A stretch of DNA of 64,000 nt, from assembly GCA_963762145.1 (NCBI GenBank), contig CAVXJS010000014.1, positions 609,774 to 673,773 on the forward strand. Direction: 5' to 3'. Under the pieces are notes generated by a model. The model was not told the DNA's origin and did no database searches. It saw nothing but the letters and a program-made list of their open reading frames with translations. This document shows positions 29,396 through 38,580 of this stretch, piece after piece. Position numbers and translations under genes: made by a program. How positions within the stretch are numbered: position 1 is the first letter of the stretch; each line of letters begins with the position of its first letter. The stretch is from an uncultured Candidatus Rokubacteria bacterium (GTDB lineage: Bacteria; Methylomirabilota; Methylomirabilia; Rokubacteriales; CSP1-6).

Positions 29396-29902
29396 ATGAC
29401 CACGCCGTCAGGACTGGACCCGTCGATCCGGAGCCGCGAGATGGTCTTCGAGGCGGACGTCACGGGAGTCACGCCGTTTCTCAAGCTGGCCACCGTGAGC
29501 CTCAACGGGGCCTCGCCGATGACCTTCGCCTGCGACGAGCCGCCGAGCCTCGGCGGCCTGGGCTCCGCGCCCACCCCGCTCATGTACTTCGCCGCTGCGC
29601 TCGCGTTCTGACTGATGACCCAGGTGTCCCGCTATGGACACATGCTGAAGGTCACGGTGACGCGGATGACCATGCACGTGAAGGCGAGCTTCCGGGTGAC
29701 CGGCTCGGTCCTGGACGACACGATCGCCGGCGAGATGCTCGGCGCGGAGACCACGCTCGAGCTGGAGTCGCCCGACCCGCCGGACCGCGTGGCTCGGGTC
29801 GTGCGCAGCGCGGAGCGCGGGTGCTTCGTGATGCAGGCCCTGCTCCGGCCGGTGCCGGTGACCGGTCGGACGCTCCTCAACCGTGAGCCCCTGACGGGGT
29901 AA
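29396..29902 (+). CDS. OsmC/Ohr-like selenoprotein (Sec at codon 72, TGA 29609-29611), 168 aa
   Basis: DEPPSLGG.GSAPTPLMYFAAALAF-TGA-LMTQ continues in frame to AERGCFV (second OsmC Cys); SD GAGGAGG. Confidence 0.88.
29616..29654 (+). promoter_or_regulatory. Candidate bacterial SECIS 2
   Basis: GTGTCC (29624-29)/GGACAC (29636-41) stem, loop CGCTAT, extended by CAG/CTG and TGACC/GGTCA; 18 nt between UGA and loop. Confidence 0.75.
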
Positions 29903-29910
29903 GCCTCTCG

Positions 29911-29939
29911 TTGACCCCGGGGCCCGGCGGGTCTAGATT
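29911..29939 (+). promoter_or_regulatory. sigma70-type promoter
   Basis: TTGACC-N17-TAGATT upstream of 29991. Confidence 0.6.
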
Positions 29940-29990
29940 CACTTCCTGGGCGCTCCGGCCGTTCCACCCGGGGCCCCGAGGAGGCTGATC

Positions 29991-30932
29991 ATGCTCGGTC
30001 TGGGAATGGCGTCGTCGCACGCCCCGATGATGTTCCAGAAGGCGCAGTACTGGCCGCGGGTGGTCGGGCGGATCCCGGCCGAGGCCCGCGAGCAGCTGCC
30101 GCGCAGCGCCCGGGAGGAGATCGCGAGCCCGGCCATCATCGAGGCGAACATCCAGCGCATCGAGGCCGGGCTGGCCACGCTGCGCGATCAGCTCCGGGCC
30201 TACCGCCCGGACGCGCTCGTCATGATCGGCGACGACCAGGGCGATCTCTTCGACGACGCCAACAACCCCACGTTCTCGGTCTACACGGGCGAGGAGCCGC
30301 TGTGGGGCCGGAGCGCCCGCGACAGCTACGATACGCCGCCGGCCGAGCGGACCAAGCTCGTGTTCCAGCCGCATCCCGAGCTGTCCCGGCACCTGCACCG
30401 CGGCCTGGTCAAGCGGGGCTTCGACATGGCCAGCATCGGGCGCTTCGATCCGCGCGGCAATCCCACGCGCGGCGTCTCTCACATGGTCTCGAACCTGGTG
30501 CCCGAGGTGGACCCGGGGCTCGAGATCCCGCTGGTCTGCGTGTTCATGAACGAGTACTACCCGCCGCTCCCCAGCGCGGCCCGCTGCGCGCGCCTGGGTG
30601 AGGCCATCGCGGAGGTCTTCCGCGATCGCCCGGAGCGCATCGCGATCTACGCCTCGGGCGGCCTCTCGCACTTCCCGGGCATGTACAACGCCGGCTGGAT
30701 CGACCAGCCGCTCGACCGATGGATCCTCGAGCGGCTCGAGCGCAACGACCTCGCGGCGATGGAGCATCTCTTCACGTTCGACTCCGACGCCATGCGCTCC
30801 GGGACGGGGGAAGTCCGGGCGTGGATCAGCACGGCCGCCGCGATGAACCGTCCCGCGAAGGTGGTCGACTACGTGCCGGCGCACTGCGCCCAGACCGGGT
30901 GCGGCTTCGTCTACTGGCCCGCCGCCGACTGA
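29991..30932 (+). CDS. Class III extradiol ring-cleavage dioxygenase subunit B (LigB/MhpB-like)
   Basis: SSHAP, IGDDQ, SH, ASGGLSH, GTGEVRAW. Confidence 0.8.
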   Translation: MLGLGMASSHAPMMFQKAQYWPRVVGRIPAEAREQLPRSAREEIASPAIIEANIQRIEAGLATLRDQLRAYRPDALVMIGDDQGDLFDDANNPTFSVYTGEEPLWGRSARDSYDTPPAERTKLVFQPHPELSRHLHRGLVKRGFDMASIGRFDPRGNPTRGVSHMVSNLVPEVDPGLEIPLVCVFMNEYYPPLPSAARCARLGEAIAEVFRDRPERIAIYASGGLSHFPGMYNAGWIDQPLDRWILERLERNDLAAMEHLFTFDSDAMRSGTGEVRAWISTAAAMNRPAKVVDYVPAHCAQTGCGFVYWPAAD

Positions 30933-30937
30933 CCTCT

Positions 30938-30985
30938 CCCTCTCCCCTGAGGGGAGAGGGAGGGTGAGGGGCGGAGGGTGAGGGG
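30938..30985. repeat. REP-like element, family A (with duplicated GAGGGTGAGGGG tail)
   Basis: CCCTCTCCCCTGAGGGGAGAGGGAGGGTGAGGGG. Confidence 0.8.
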
Positions 30986-32615
30986 CGGGGATTTGCGCCG
31001 GCGCTGGCTCGCCCTCGCCCTGCTAGTCCTGTCATTCGTCCCCGCCACGGCCGCCGCCGGCGTCATCCCGCTCGACCTGCGCTTCGACGGGCGGCCCATC
31101 GAGCCCGCGGTGCCGCCGGACTTCACGTGCTGGAGCGCGGTCGCCAACGCCTGGGTGAGCTGCGGCATCAAGCGCGGTGAGGGACCGGGGGCCTGGCTCC
31201 TCGAGGGCCTGCCGCCCGGTCGGTACCGGTTGCACGTCAGCATCGACGAGAACCCGGTCAACCCGCGTCGCTTCCCGGGCGACTACGAGGCCCAGCTCCG
31301 CTTCGAGGTCACCGAGCGGGGGCCGGAGCGCCTGACGGTGGACATGGTCCGGCTCGTTCACCTGACGCGCCCGGGTGACAACGCCCGCGCTCTCGACGGC
31401 ATGCTCACGAGCTGCGCGACGCAGCCCGTCTTCGAGACGCCGCGCCACTCCTGGGGGCCGACCGCGCAGATCGAGTTCGCGTGGGACCCGGTCGTGGCGG
31501 GCGCCGAGTACCGGGTGAGCGTGACCGCGGTCTCCTGCTCCCAGCCGGACCGCCAGCGAGAGGTCCTGCGCACGATGACCGGCACGACCGAGGTGACCCT
31601 GTCCCTGCCGCCCAGCGTGGGCGACGAGCAGTACTACTTCTGGATCGCGGCGTGGCGCGACGGCCGGCTCGTCGGGGATCTCTACACCCACGACGCCGGC
31701 GTGCACTCGTGGAACTACCGCTTCCAGGTCCGCAACGCGAGCCTGTCGCGCTGGGTCTACGTGGCGGGCGCGGGCCTCCTGCTGCTCCTCATCGTCGGGG
31801 TGACGCGGCTGCTCCCGGCGGCGCCGCCCACGCGCCGGCGGCGGCTCGCCCGCCGGGCCTTCGCGCTGATGATCGTCCTCGCGCTCGCGGGGGGCGCCTA
31901 CTACGTCGTCCACGATCGGGTTCAGGAGCGCGAGCGGCGCCGCGTGGAGGAGGAGCGGGCGCAGAGCGAGGCCGAGGGGGTGGCCCGGCAGCGCGAGCTC
32001 ATCGCCGCGTTCGTCTCGGTCGCGCCTCGTCCGGCCTGGTGGGCGTCGGTCCAGACCCCGTATCGGGTGGACAACGTGGGCGACCTGCTCGCCGCCTGGC
32101 AGGGATTCCCGCGCGGCGACGACGGCCTGGGCGAGCGGCAGTTCTTCAAGGCGGCCTACCAGGGCATCGTGGACCATCCGGACGACGAGCACATCGTGGC
32201 GACCGCCATCGACCTCATGTACTGGGTCGTGGACGACTACCCGCACCGCCTGGCGCTCACCCAGTGGGGCTACGACCGCTACTTCCAGCACCGGCAGCGC
32301 ATCGACAACTGCGCCAACTGCATGGTGGGGGACCGGACCCAGGGGCTGGCCCAGAATCTGAGCCGGCTCCTGATGGCGGCCGGCCGTTACGACGAGGCGA
32401 TCGCGGTCTGCCGGCGGCTGATCGACGAGCGCGCGGCCGACGTGAGCCCCTACCGGCTCGCCGAGACCTGGGAGCGGATGGCGTGGGCGTACTGGGAGAA
32501 GGGCGAGCGCGAGCGGGCGCGCGAGGTCATCCGGGAGGCGATCGCGAAGTACGGCGGGACGGCGCGCGGCGATGACCTCCGCCGCACGCTCACCACGTTC
32601 GACCGCACGCGCTGA
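30978..32615 (+). CDS. Hypothetical membrane protein with C-terminal TPR-like domain
   Basis: Signal peptide, beta-rich N-domain, two TMs, AGRYDEAI/MAWAYWEKG TPR-like helices. Confidence 0.7.
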   Translation: MRGGDLRRRWLALALLVLSFVPATAAAGVIPLDLRFDGRPIEPAVPPDFTCWSAVANAWVSCGIKRGEGPGAWLLEGLPPGRYRLHVSIDENPVNPRRFPGDYEAQLRFEVTERGPERLTVDMVRLVHLTRPGDNARALDGMLTSCATQPVFETPRHSWGPTAQIEFAWDPVVAGAEYRVSVTAVSCSQPDRQREVLRTMTGTTEVTLSLPPSVGDEQYYFWIAAWRDGRLVGDLYTHDAGVHSWNYRFQVRNASLSRWVYVAGAGLLLLLIVGVTRLLPAAPPTRRRRLARRAFALMIVLALAGGAYYVVHDRVQERERRRVEEERAQSEAEGVARQRELIAAFVSVAPRPAWWASVQTPYRVDNVGDLLAAWQGFPRGDDGLGERQFFKAAYQGIVDHPDDEHIVATAIDLMYWVVDDYPHRLALTQWGYDRYFQHRQRIDNCANCMVGDRTQGLAQNLSRLLMAAGRYDEAIAVCRRLIDERAADVSPYRLAETWERMAWAYWEKGERERAREVIREAIAKYGGTARGDDLRRTLTTFDRTR

Positions 32616-32643
32616 CCTGGGGCCGGCGCGGGCGCCGGAGGAC

Positions 32644-33291
32644 CTACGGGAGCTGAGGGGTCGGGCGGAGGGTGTAGATGTTGATGATCTTGTCCTGCCG
32701 GTGGGTCGGCCGCCAGGGGGGCCAGCTCACCGTCCAGCGATCCCGCGTGACCGCGAAGCCACTTCTTCGGAAGGCCGCCCGCAGCTTGGCGTCGGGCACC
32801 CAGCCGGGGTCGGCGAGCAGGGCCAGGCCTCCGGGGCGCAGCGTCCGCATGAGCCCGGTCCCGAGGGCCGGCCACTCCGCGTCGTCGTAGACCACATCGC
32901 CGCCCACCACCAGGTCGTAGGTGGCCGGCGCCAGCCGCTCTCCACCGTGGTTCCAGTCCCCGCCTATGGTCTGGGCAGACCCCAGGCCGTTGCGCCGGCA
33001 GTTGCGCCGCACCGCAGCGAGGGCCGCCGCCTCCCGGTCCAGGAAGGTGACGCTCGCGCCCAGGCGCCCGCACACGATCCCGATGAGACCGACGCCGCAG
33101 CCCAGGTCCAGGACCTGGCGTCCCCGCAGGCCGTCGGCGCCGAAGCGGTCGGTGATGTAGGCGGCCAGCCCCAGGCCCGCGGGCCAGACTCGGCGCCAGT
33201 ACGTGTGGGTGGAGAGCTTGAGGAGATTCTGAGCCGACGTCTCCTCGATGGAGACGGCCCCGATCGGCTCCAGCGCGAATTCTCGTAGCAC
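32644..33291 (-). CDS. Class I SAM-dependent methyltransferase (Methyltransf_16-like)
   Basis: YW.RVWPAG, VLDLGCGVG, GDVVYD; start uncertain. Confidence 0.8.
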   Translation of the reverse strand: MLREFALEPIGAVSIEETSAQNLLKLSTHTYWRRVWPAGLGLAAYITDRFGADGLRGRQVLDLGCGVGLIGIVCGRLGASVTFLDREAAALAAVRRNCRRNGLGSAQTIGGDWNHGGERLAPATYDLVVGGDVVYDDAEWPALGTGLMRTLRPGGLALLADPGWVPDAKLRAAFRRSGFAVTRDRWTVSWPPWRPTHRQDKIINIYTLRPTPQLP

Positions 33292-33395
33292 TAGGCCGGA
33301 GTCTAACGCACGTTGATCCGTCCGTCGCGCAGGTTTATGCTCGGCGCGTCCCGGTCGGTCCGCAGTGACCCCAGTCCCGCCAAAGGAGGCGTGCA

Positions 33396-34286
33396 ATGGC
33401 TCTCTCCGTAGGGTTCATCGGTGTGGGGAACATGGGCAACCCGATGGCCGGCAACGTGCTGAAGGCCGGCTTCTCGATGACGGTGTTCGACACGAATCCC
33501 AAGGCCATGGAGAACCTGATCCAGGCCGGGGCCAAGCGGGCCGCCTCCGCCAAGGAGGTGGTGGACGCCTCCGACGTCGTGTTGACCTCGCTGCCCGCCT
33601 CTCCGGACGTGGAGGCCATGTACCTCGACGAGGGCGGCCTCGTGCAGCGCGCGAAGCCGGGCACGATCCTGATCGACCTGAGCAGCGTGCTGCCCAAGAC
33701 CCCGCGGATGATCGAGCCGGTCGCGAAGTCCCGCGGCGTGTCCTTCCTGGAGGCGCCGGTCAGCGGCGGCGTCACCGGAGCCCGCGCGGGCACGCTCGCC
33801 ATCATGGTCGGCGGCGACCCGGCGGCGATGGAGAAGGCGCGCCCGGTGCTGCGCGCCATGGGCCCCAACATCTTCCACGTGGGGCCGGCGGGCGCGGGCA
33901 ACACCATCAAGGCCATCAACAACATGATGGCGTGCGTGAACAGCGCCACCATGATGGAGGGCTTCGTGCTGGGCGTGAAGGCCGGCCTCGACCCGATGAC
34001 GATCTACGAGGTGGTGAAGGCCAGCAGCGGGGGCAGCAAGGCCATCGAGCGCATCCCGCGCGCCCTGATCCCGCGCGACTTCGAGCCGGGCTTCAAGGTG
34101 GCGCTGATGAACAAGGACCTCGAGACCTTCCACACCATCGCCAAGGAGCTCAACGTGCCGACGACGTTCTCGAACCTGGCCCAGCACTACCAGCAGGCGG
34201 CCCTGGCCGCGGGGCTCGGCGAGCAGGACACCAGCGTGGTGTTCACGATCATCGAGCGGCTGGCCGGCATGCAGGCGCCGAAATGA
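33396..34286 (+). CDS. 3-hydroxyisobutyrate/2-hydroxy-3-oxopropionate dehydrogenase family
   Basis: GFIGVGNMG.PMA, EAPVSGG, KAINN, KDL. Confidence 0.9.
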   Translation: MALSVGFIGVGNMGNPMAGNVLKAGFSMTVFDTNPKAMENLIQAGAKRAASAKEVVDASDVVLTSLPASPDVEAMYLDEGGLVQRAKPGTILIDLSSVLPKTPRMIEPVAKSRGVSFLEAPVSGGVTGARAGTLAIMVGGDPAAMEKARPVLRAMGPNIFHVGPAGAGNTIKAINNMMACVNSATMMEGFVLGVKAGLDPMTIYEVVKASSGGSKAIERIPRALIPRDFEPGFKVALMNKDLETFHTIAKELNVPTTFSNLAQHYQQAALAAGLGEQDTSVVFTIIERLAGMQAPK

Positions 34287-34663
34287 CCGCGCGCCGGCCG
34301 CCGGCCAAGCCGGGCAAGCCCGCCCGCAACAGCAAGAATCCCTACGGGTACTCCTTCTGGGAGTGGGTCGCGCAGGAGGACCCCGAGTACTTCCGGGCGC
34401 GCCAGCCGCTGAGCGCCCTCTCGATCGGCGAGGGCAAGGAGCTCTCGGTGAAGTACCGGGAGATGGTCATCATCGGGATTCTCGCGTTTCGCGGCCGCAA
34501 GGAGGGCGTGGTCGCCCACATGCGCCGGGCCATCGAGCACGGCGCCACCAAGCGGGAGCTGCTGGAGGCGATCCAGTCCGCCGCGGTGCCGGGCGGCGGG
34601 CCGTGCTTCAGCACCGGCGCGCAGGCCCTGATGGAGCTCGACCGCCAGGGGGCGTTCCGCTAG
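34283..34663 (+). CDS. Carboxymuconolactone decarboxylase (CMD/AhpD-like) family protein
   Basis: LSVKYREMV, HMRRAIEHGATKREL, VPGG; ATGA overlap. Confidence 0.85.
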   Translation: MTARRPPAKPGKPARNSKNPYGYSFWEWVAQEDPEYFRARQPLSALSIGEGKELSVKYREMVIIGILAFRGRKEGVVAHMRRAIEHGATKRELLEAIQSAAVPGGGPCFSTGAQALMELDRQGAFR

Positions 34664-34666
34664 CGG

Positions 34667-35590
34667 TCAGACGGTCAGCGTCCCTTCCATCACCGGCGCG
34701 CAGCGCCCGCCCACCTGCACGCGGGTGACCACGCCGCCCGCCTTCTCCGCGCGGGTGGCGAGGAGGCTCGGCCGGCCCATCTCCACGCCCTGGAGGACGT
34801 CTCTCGTGAGGACGCCGTCTCCCGGCTCGAGGCTCGCCAGCAGCGCGATCAAGGCGCCGTTGGCGCTGCCGGTGGCCGGGTCCTCCATGGTCCCGCCGAG
34901 CGGCGAGAACATCCGGGCGCGCAGGTCGGCCCCGTCGCGCCGGTCGGGGGTGCGCGCGTAGATGTGGATGGAGAAGCGGCCGGTCTTGAACGGGAAGCGC
35001 CGGGCCGCGTCGGCCGACGCGGCCACCTCCACCCGCGCGTGGGCGATCGCCTCGGGCGAGACCTCCGCGATCAGGAACGGCAGCCCCACCGAGGCCACCA
35101 CCGGCTCATGACGGACGGTGAGCACCGCGGAGGCATCGAGCCCCACGCACGCGGCCGCGACCGCGGCCGGGATCCGCTGATCGAGAGTCAGCGGCTGCGG
35201 GGCGGTGAGCGTCGCGCCGATCACGCGCCCGTCGGCCCCGCGCATCAGGTCGACCGGCACGAGGCCGGCGCCTTCCTCGAAGCGGAGGGTGGGGCCCAGC
35301 GTCTGGCCCCGCCGCTCGGCGAGCCGCGCCAGCGTGAAGGCGGCGCCCACGTTGGGGTGGCCCGCGAACGGGATCTCGTTCTGCCGGGTGAAGATCCGCA
35401 CCCGCGCGGTGTGGGCCGGATCGGCGGGCGGGAGCACGAAGGTCGACTCGGAGTAGTTGAACTCGGCCGCGATCGCCTGCATCTGGTCGGGCCGGAGCCC
35501 GGTCGCGTCCGTCACGACCGCGAGCGGGTTGCCCGCGAACGCGCGGTCGGTGAACACGTCGACGGTCAGGTAGTCGTGGCGTGTCGTCAT
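34667..35590 (-). CDS. PhzF family isomerase
   Basis: VDVFT..AFAGNPLAV, SESTF, FAGHP, EDPATGSA, QGVEMGRPS. Confidence 0.92.
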   Translation of the reverse strand: MTTRHDYLTVDVFTDRAFAGNPLAVVTDATGLRPDQMQAIAAEFNYSESTFVLPPADPAHTARVRIFTRQNEIPFAGHPNVGAAFTLARLAERRGQTLGPTLRFEEGAGLVPVDLMRGADGRVIGATLTAPQPLTLDQRIPAAVAAACVGLDASAVLTVRHEPVVASVGLPFLIAEVSPEAIAHARVEVAASADAARRFPFKTGRFSIHIYARTPDRRDGADLRARMFSPLGGTMEDPATGSANGALIALLASLEPGDGVLTRDVLQGVEMGRPSLLATRAEKAGGVVTRVQVGGRCAPVMEGTLTV

Positions 35591-35600
35591 GCGGGTCGCG

Positions 35601-36599
35601 CTAGAGGCCGAGCAGCGCCTCGAGGTTGCGCCAGAGGATCCGCTCCTTCTCGTCCGCGGTCAGGCTCGCGAGCCCCTGCACCCACGTGACCGGCGAGGGA
35701 TGCCACGGCACGAAGGGCCAGTCGCTGCCGAGGACGACGCGATCGATCCCGACCTGGTCGATCGTGAACCGGAGCGCGGCCTCGCTGCCTACCACGGTGT
35801 CGTAGTAGAGCTGCTTCTGGTAGCTGCTCGGCGCCCGCGGGATCGCCTTCCGCGCGTCCGGATTGCCCTGCCAGGCGCGGTCGAAGCGTCCCATCGCGTA
35901 GCAGGCCGGCCCACCGCCGTGGGCGATGCACACCTTGAGGCCGGGGCAGGCCTCCAGGATTCCCCCGAAGATCAGCATGGCGACCACGATCGCGTCCTCG
36001 ACGATCACGCCCAGGCTGTTGAAGAGCCCGTAACGGGTGGTGCGCTCGGTCATGAAGTTGTGCTGCGGCTGGGGGTGATAGAACAGCACCGCGCCCATCG
36101 CCTCGGCGGCCTTGAAGAAGGGCAGGAAGCGTGGCGCGTCCCAGTTCTCCCCGTTCACGATGGTGTCGAGCTCCGCGCCCTTGAGCCCGAGGCCGCGCGC
36201 GCGCTCGAGCTCGGCGATCGCGGCCTTCGTGTCCTGCATCGGCAGGGTGGCGAGGCCCGCGAAGCGGGTGGGCCACTGCCGCGTCATCGCCGCGATCTCG
36301 TCGTTGACCTCGCGCGCGAGCGCGCCGCCCTGCGCGGCGTCCAGGTGGTAGCCGAAGAAGGGGGTGTGGATCGAGAGCACCTGCACGTCCACGCCCTGCG
36401 CGTCCATGTCGGCCAGGCGCTCCTCCGGGGTGAAGCGCACCTTGGGCGAGGTGAAGCCGGTGCGCTTGCCGTTGCCGCCCAGGAACACGCCGAGGCCCTC
36501 GCCGCCCTGGTGGCGGAAGCCATACCACTCGCGGCCCGCCTCCGCCGCCTGCCAGACCTCCCGGGGCACCACGTGCGCGTGGATATCGATGGTCCTCAT
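35601..36599 (-). CDS. Amidohydrolase_2 family protein (ACMSD-like decarboxylase)
   Basis: IDIHAH, YHP, AHGGG, GSDWP. Confidence 0.9.
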   Translation of the reverse strand: MRTIDIHAHVVPREVWQAAEAGREWYGFRHQGGEGLGVFLGGNGKRTGFTSPKVRFTPEERLADMDAQGVDVQVLSIHTPFFGYHLDAAQGGALAREVNDEIAAMTRQWPTRFAGLATLPMQDTKAAIAELERARGLGLKGAELDTIVNGENWDAPRFLPFFKAAEAMGAVLFYHPQPQHNFMTERTTRYGLFNSLGVIVEDAIVVAMLIFGGILEACPGLKVCIAHGGGPACYAMGRFDRAWQGNPDARKAIPRAPSSYQKQLYYDTVVGSEAALRFTIDQVGIDRVVLGSDWPFVPWHPSPVTWVQGLASLTADEKERILWRNLEALLGL

Positions 36600-37606
36600 G
36601 AGCCGCTCCGGCGGTGGCTCACCGGCGTGGAGCCGGTCCACCGCTTGAACGCGCGGTTGAACGCGCTGACCTCCGAGTAGCCGAGGAGATAGGCGATCTC
36701 GGTCATGGTGTGCTGCGGGTCCTTGAGGTAGTTGAGCGAGAACCGATGCCGGGTGTCGTCGACCAGCTTCTTGAAGTCCAGGCCCTGGTCCTTCAGGCGC
36801 CGCTGCAGCGTGCGCGAGCTCAGCGCGACCTTCCGGGCCACGTCGCCGAGCTTCGGGTCTCCCTCTCGCATGACCTCGCCGATGGCCCGGCGCACCGAGG
36901 CGAGCGCGGCGTCCTCGCGCGGCATCTCCTGCAGCACCTGGTCGAGATACCGGCGCATGATCGGGTAGAGCCGCTCGTCGGCCGACGGCACCTGCCGCTC
37001 GACGAACTCCCGCTCGAAGACCATGGCATTGGTCGGCGCCGCGAAGGAGACGGGAGCCCCGAAGACCCGCAGGTGCTCCGCGGTCTGGCGCGGGGCCTCG
37101 TGCGCGAATTGCACCTCCATCGGGACCCACCGGCTTCCCACCATCATCCGGATCGTGTTCAGGGCCACCGCGAAGCCGTACTCGGTCTGCTGGCGCGCGC
37201 GCTCGACCGGGAGACCGATCAGCGACTGCCGCAGGTACGTCCGCGGCCCCTCGGTGGTGACCGACACCTCGGCCGCCGCGTTGTGAACCTTCATGTAACG
37301 GACGGTGTTGGCGAACGCGGCCGCGATCGTGGGCGAGTTCAGCACGACGTAGGCGAAGGGGCCGATGTTCTTGGGCTGGTAGTGCTCGCCGAAGTGCAGT
37401 CCGAAGCACTCGTCGCCGGTCACCCGGGCCGCCTCTTCGAGGATCCGGGCGAAGTTGGCGCAGAGCATGAAGCCGTCCGGGCGAGAGAGCTCCTCGCGAT
37501 CGAGCCCGGCCGTGCGCAGGATCAGGTCGGGGTCACCCTCGGCGGACTTGATCGCGTCGATCAGGCCGGTTGTGGCGGCGAGCGAGATGGTCGGTCGCGG
37601 GCGCAC
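36596..37606 (-). CDS. AraC family transcriptional regulator
   Basis: SRTLQRRL, IAYLLGYSEVSAFNRAFKRWTG. Confidence 0.92.
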   Translation of the reverse strand: MRPRPTISLAATTGLIDAIKSAEGDPDLILRTAGLDREELSRPDGFMLCANFARILEEAARVTGDECFGLHFGEHYQPKNIGPFAYVVLNSPTIAAAFANTVRYMKVHNAAAEVSVTTEGPRTYLRQSLIGLPVERARQQTEYGFAVALNTIRMMVGSRWVPMEVQFAHEAPRQTAEHLRVFGAPVSFAAPTNAMVFEREFVERQVPSADERLYPIMRRYLDQVLQEMPREDAALASVRRAIGEVMREGDPKLGDVARKVALSSRTLQRRLKDQGLDFKKLVDDTRHRFSLNYLKDPQHTMTEIAYLLGYSEVSAFNRAFKRWTGSTPVSHRRSGS

Positions 37607-37613
37607 TGGGCCG

Positions 37614-37645
37614 CCACTGTCAAGGAAATGGCGCCCAATGTCAAG
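37614..37645. promoter_or_regulatory. AraC-type tandem direct repeat, 21-bp period
   Basis: CCACTGTCAAG (37614-24) and CCAATGTCAAG (37635-45) between araC and the divergent ORF. Confidence 0.65.
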
Positions 37646-37674
37646 ACGGGCGCGCGGGGGCGGCGGTAGCGTGC

Positions 37675-37986
37675 ATGAAGGACGCACATCGAACCGTGCT
37701 GACTCAACCCATGCAAGCCATCTCGGTCCGGAACGTATCGGTCGCCATGAAGGGCGATCGCCTGATCGCGGTCTTCACGCTCAGCGCGCGGCCCTCCCGC
37801 CAGTGGATCGCCTTCTTCCGGGAGCGCTCGTGGTACAGCGTGCTCGACGTGGCTTCGGCCCGGTTCTGGCGGGACGAGTGCCGGATCGATCTGCTGCGTC
37901 CGGAGGACATGGTGCCGCTGACCGCGGCGGTCTACCGGTTCGTCGAGGAGGCGAACCTGGACGCCCGGATCACCGGGTGTCCTTGA
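37675..37986 (+). CDS. Hypothetical protein
   Basis: 103-aa ORF with protein-like composition, divergent from araC. Confidence 0.5.
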   Translation: MKDAHRTVLTQPMQAISVRNVSVAMKGDRLIAVFTLSARPSRQWIAFFRERSWYSVLDVASARFWRDECRIDLLRPEDMVPLTAAVYRFVEEANLDARITGCP

Positions 37987-38110
37987 GCCGCCCCGCCACC
38001 TAGCCGGCGGGGCTTCGGCGGATCGCCTCGCGCCAGGCGATCACGAGCGAGTCGCCCTCGACGTCGTGCGCCTCGTCGCGGACCCGCCGCTTCCGGAACG
38101 CCCGCTCGGG

Positions 38111-38416
38111 CTACGGACCGATCGTGACGTCGAAGTGAAGGGTCGCGTCGTTCATATCGTTGGTCCAGCCCCACCAGTCGACCGTCCGCACGCCTGGCTT
38201 CAGGATGTTGAAGCCGACCGGCTCGACCGGGTTCGGATGCTTGTCGCACACCGCGCCGTTGGCAGGGCACTCGCGAGTGGCGAGGCACGGGGCGTTGCTG
38301 CCCGGCTGGCACGAGAAGAAGACGGCGCGAATGAACATGTTCGCGGGCGCATTGGCGGGCATCACGATCCGGCACCGCAGATAGTTCCCGCCCCCTCCCG
38401 CCTTCTCCTCGGTCAT
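38111..38416 (-). CDS. Hypothetical Cys-rich protein (possibly N-terminally truncated)
   Basis: Five Cys, WWGW; composition unlike the Arg/Ala/Gly-rich shadow ORFs. Confidence 0.5.
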   Translation of the reverse strand: MTEEKAGGGGNYLRCRIVMPANAPANMFIRAVFFSCQPGSNAPCLATRECPANGAVCDKHPNPVEPVGFNILKPGVRTVDWWGWTNDMNDATLHFDVTIGP

Positions 38417-38580
38417 GCACGTGTTCGGCCCGCCCGCCTTCCTCCTCGAGATGGTCAGGTCGGTACCTCATCCGACGTTAGCAGGCCACCCCGGGCGCGG
38501 CGCCATGAGACCTTGGTCGTACGGGTCTTGCCGGAAACGCGAATGCGGGACGAGCGTGGTGCGGCGGCGCTTCGCGACCG

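Noticed and set aside
28975-29611. Genome-wide UGA reassignment (code 4 or 25) or nonsense mutations
   Set aside because: TGA is the normal stop of many genes here, including ATGA/GTGA overlaps; both internal TGAs fall on catalytic Cys positions and have downstream hairpins
38414-38510. Third selenoprotein via the in-frame TGA (38470-38468, minus strand) upstream of the Cys-rich ORF
   Set aside because: No recognisable redox motif or family, and no convincing SECIS-like stem after the TGA
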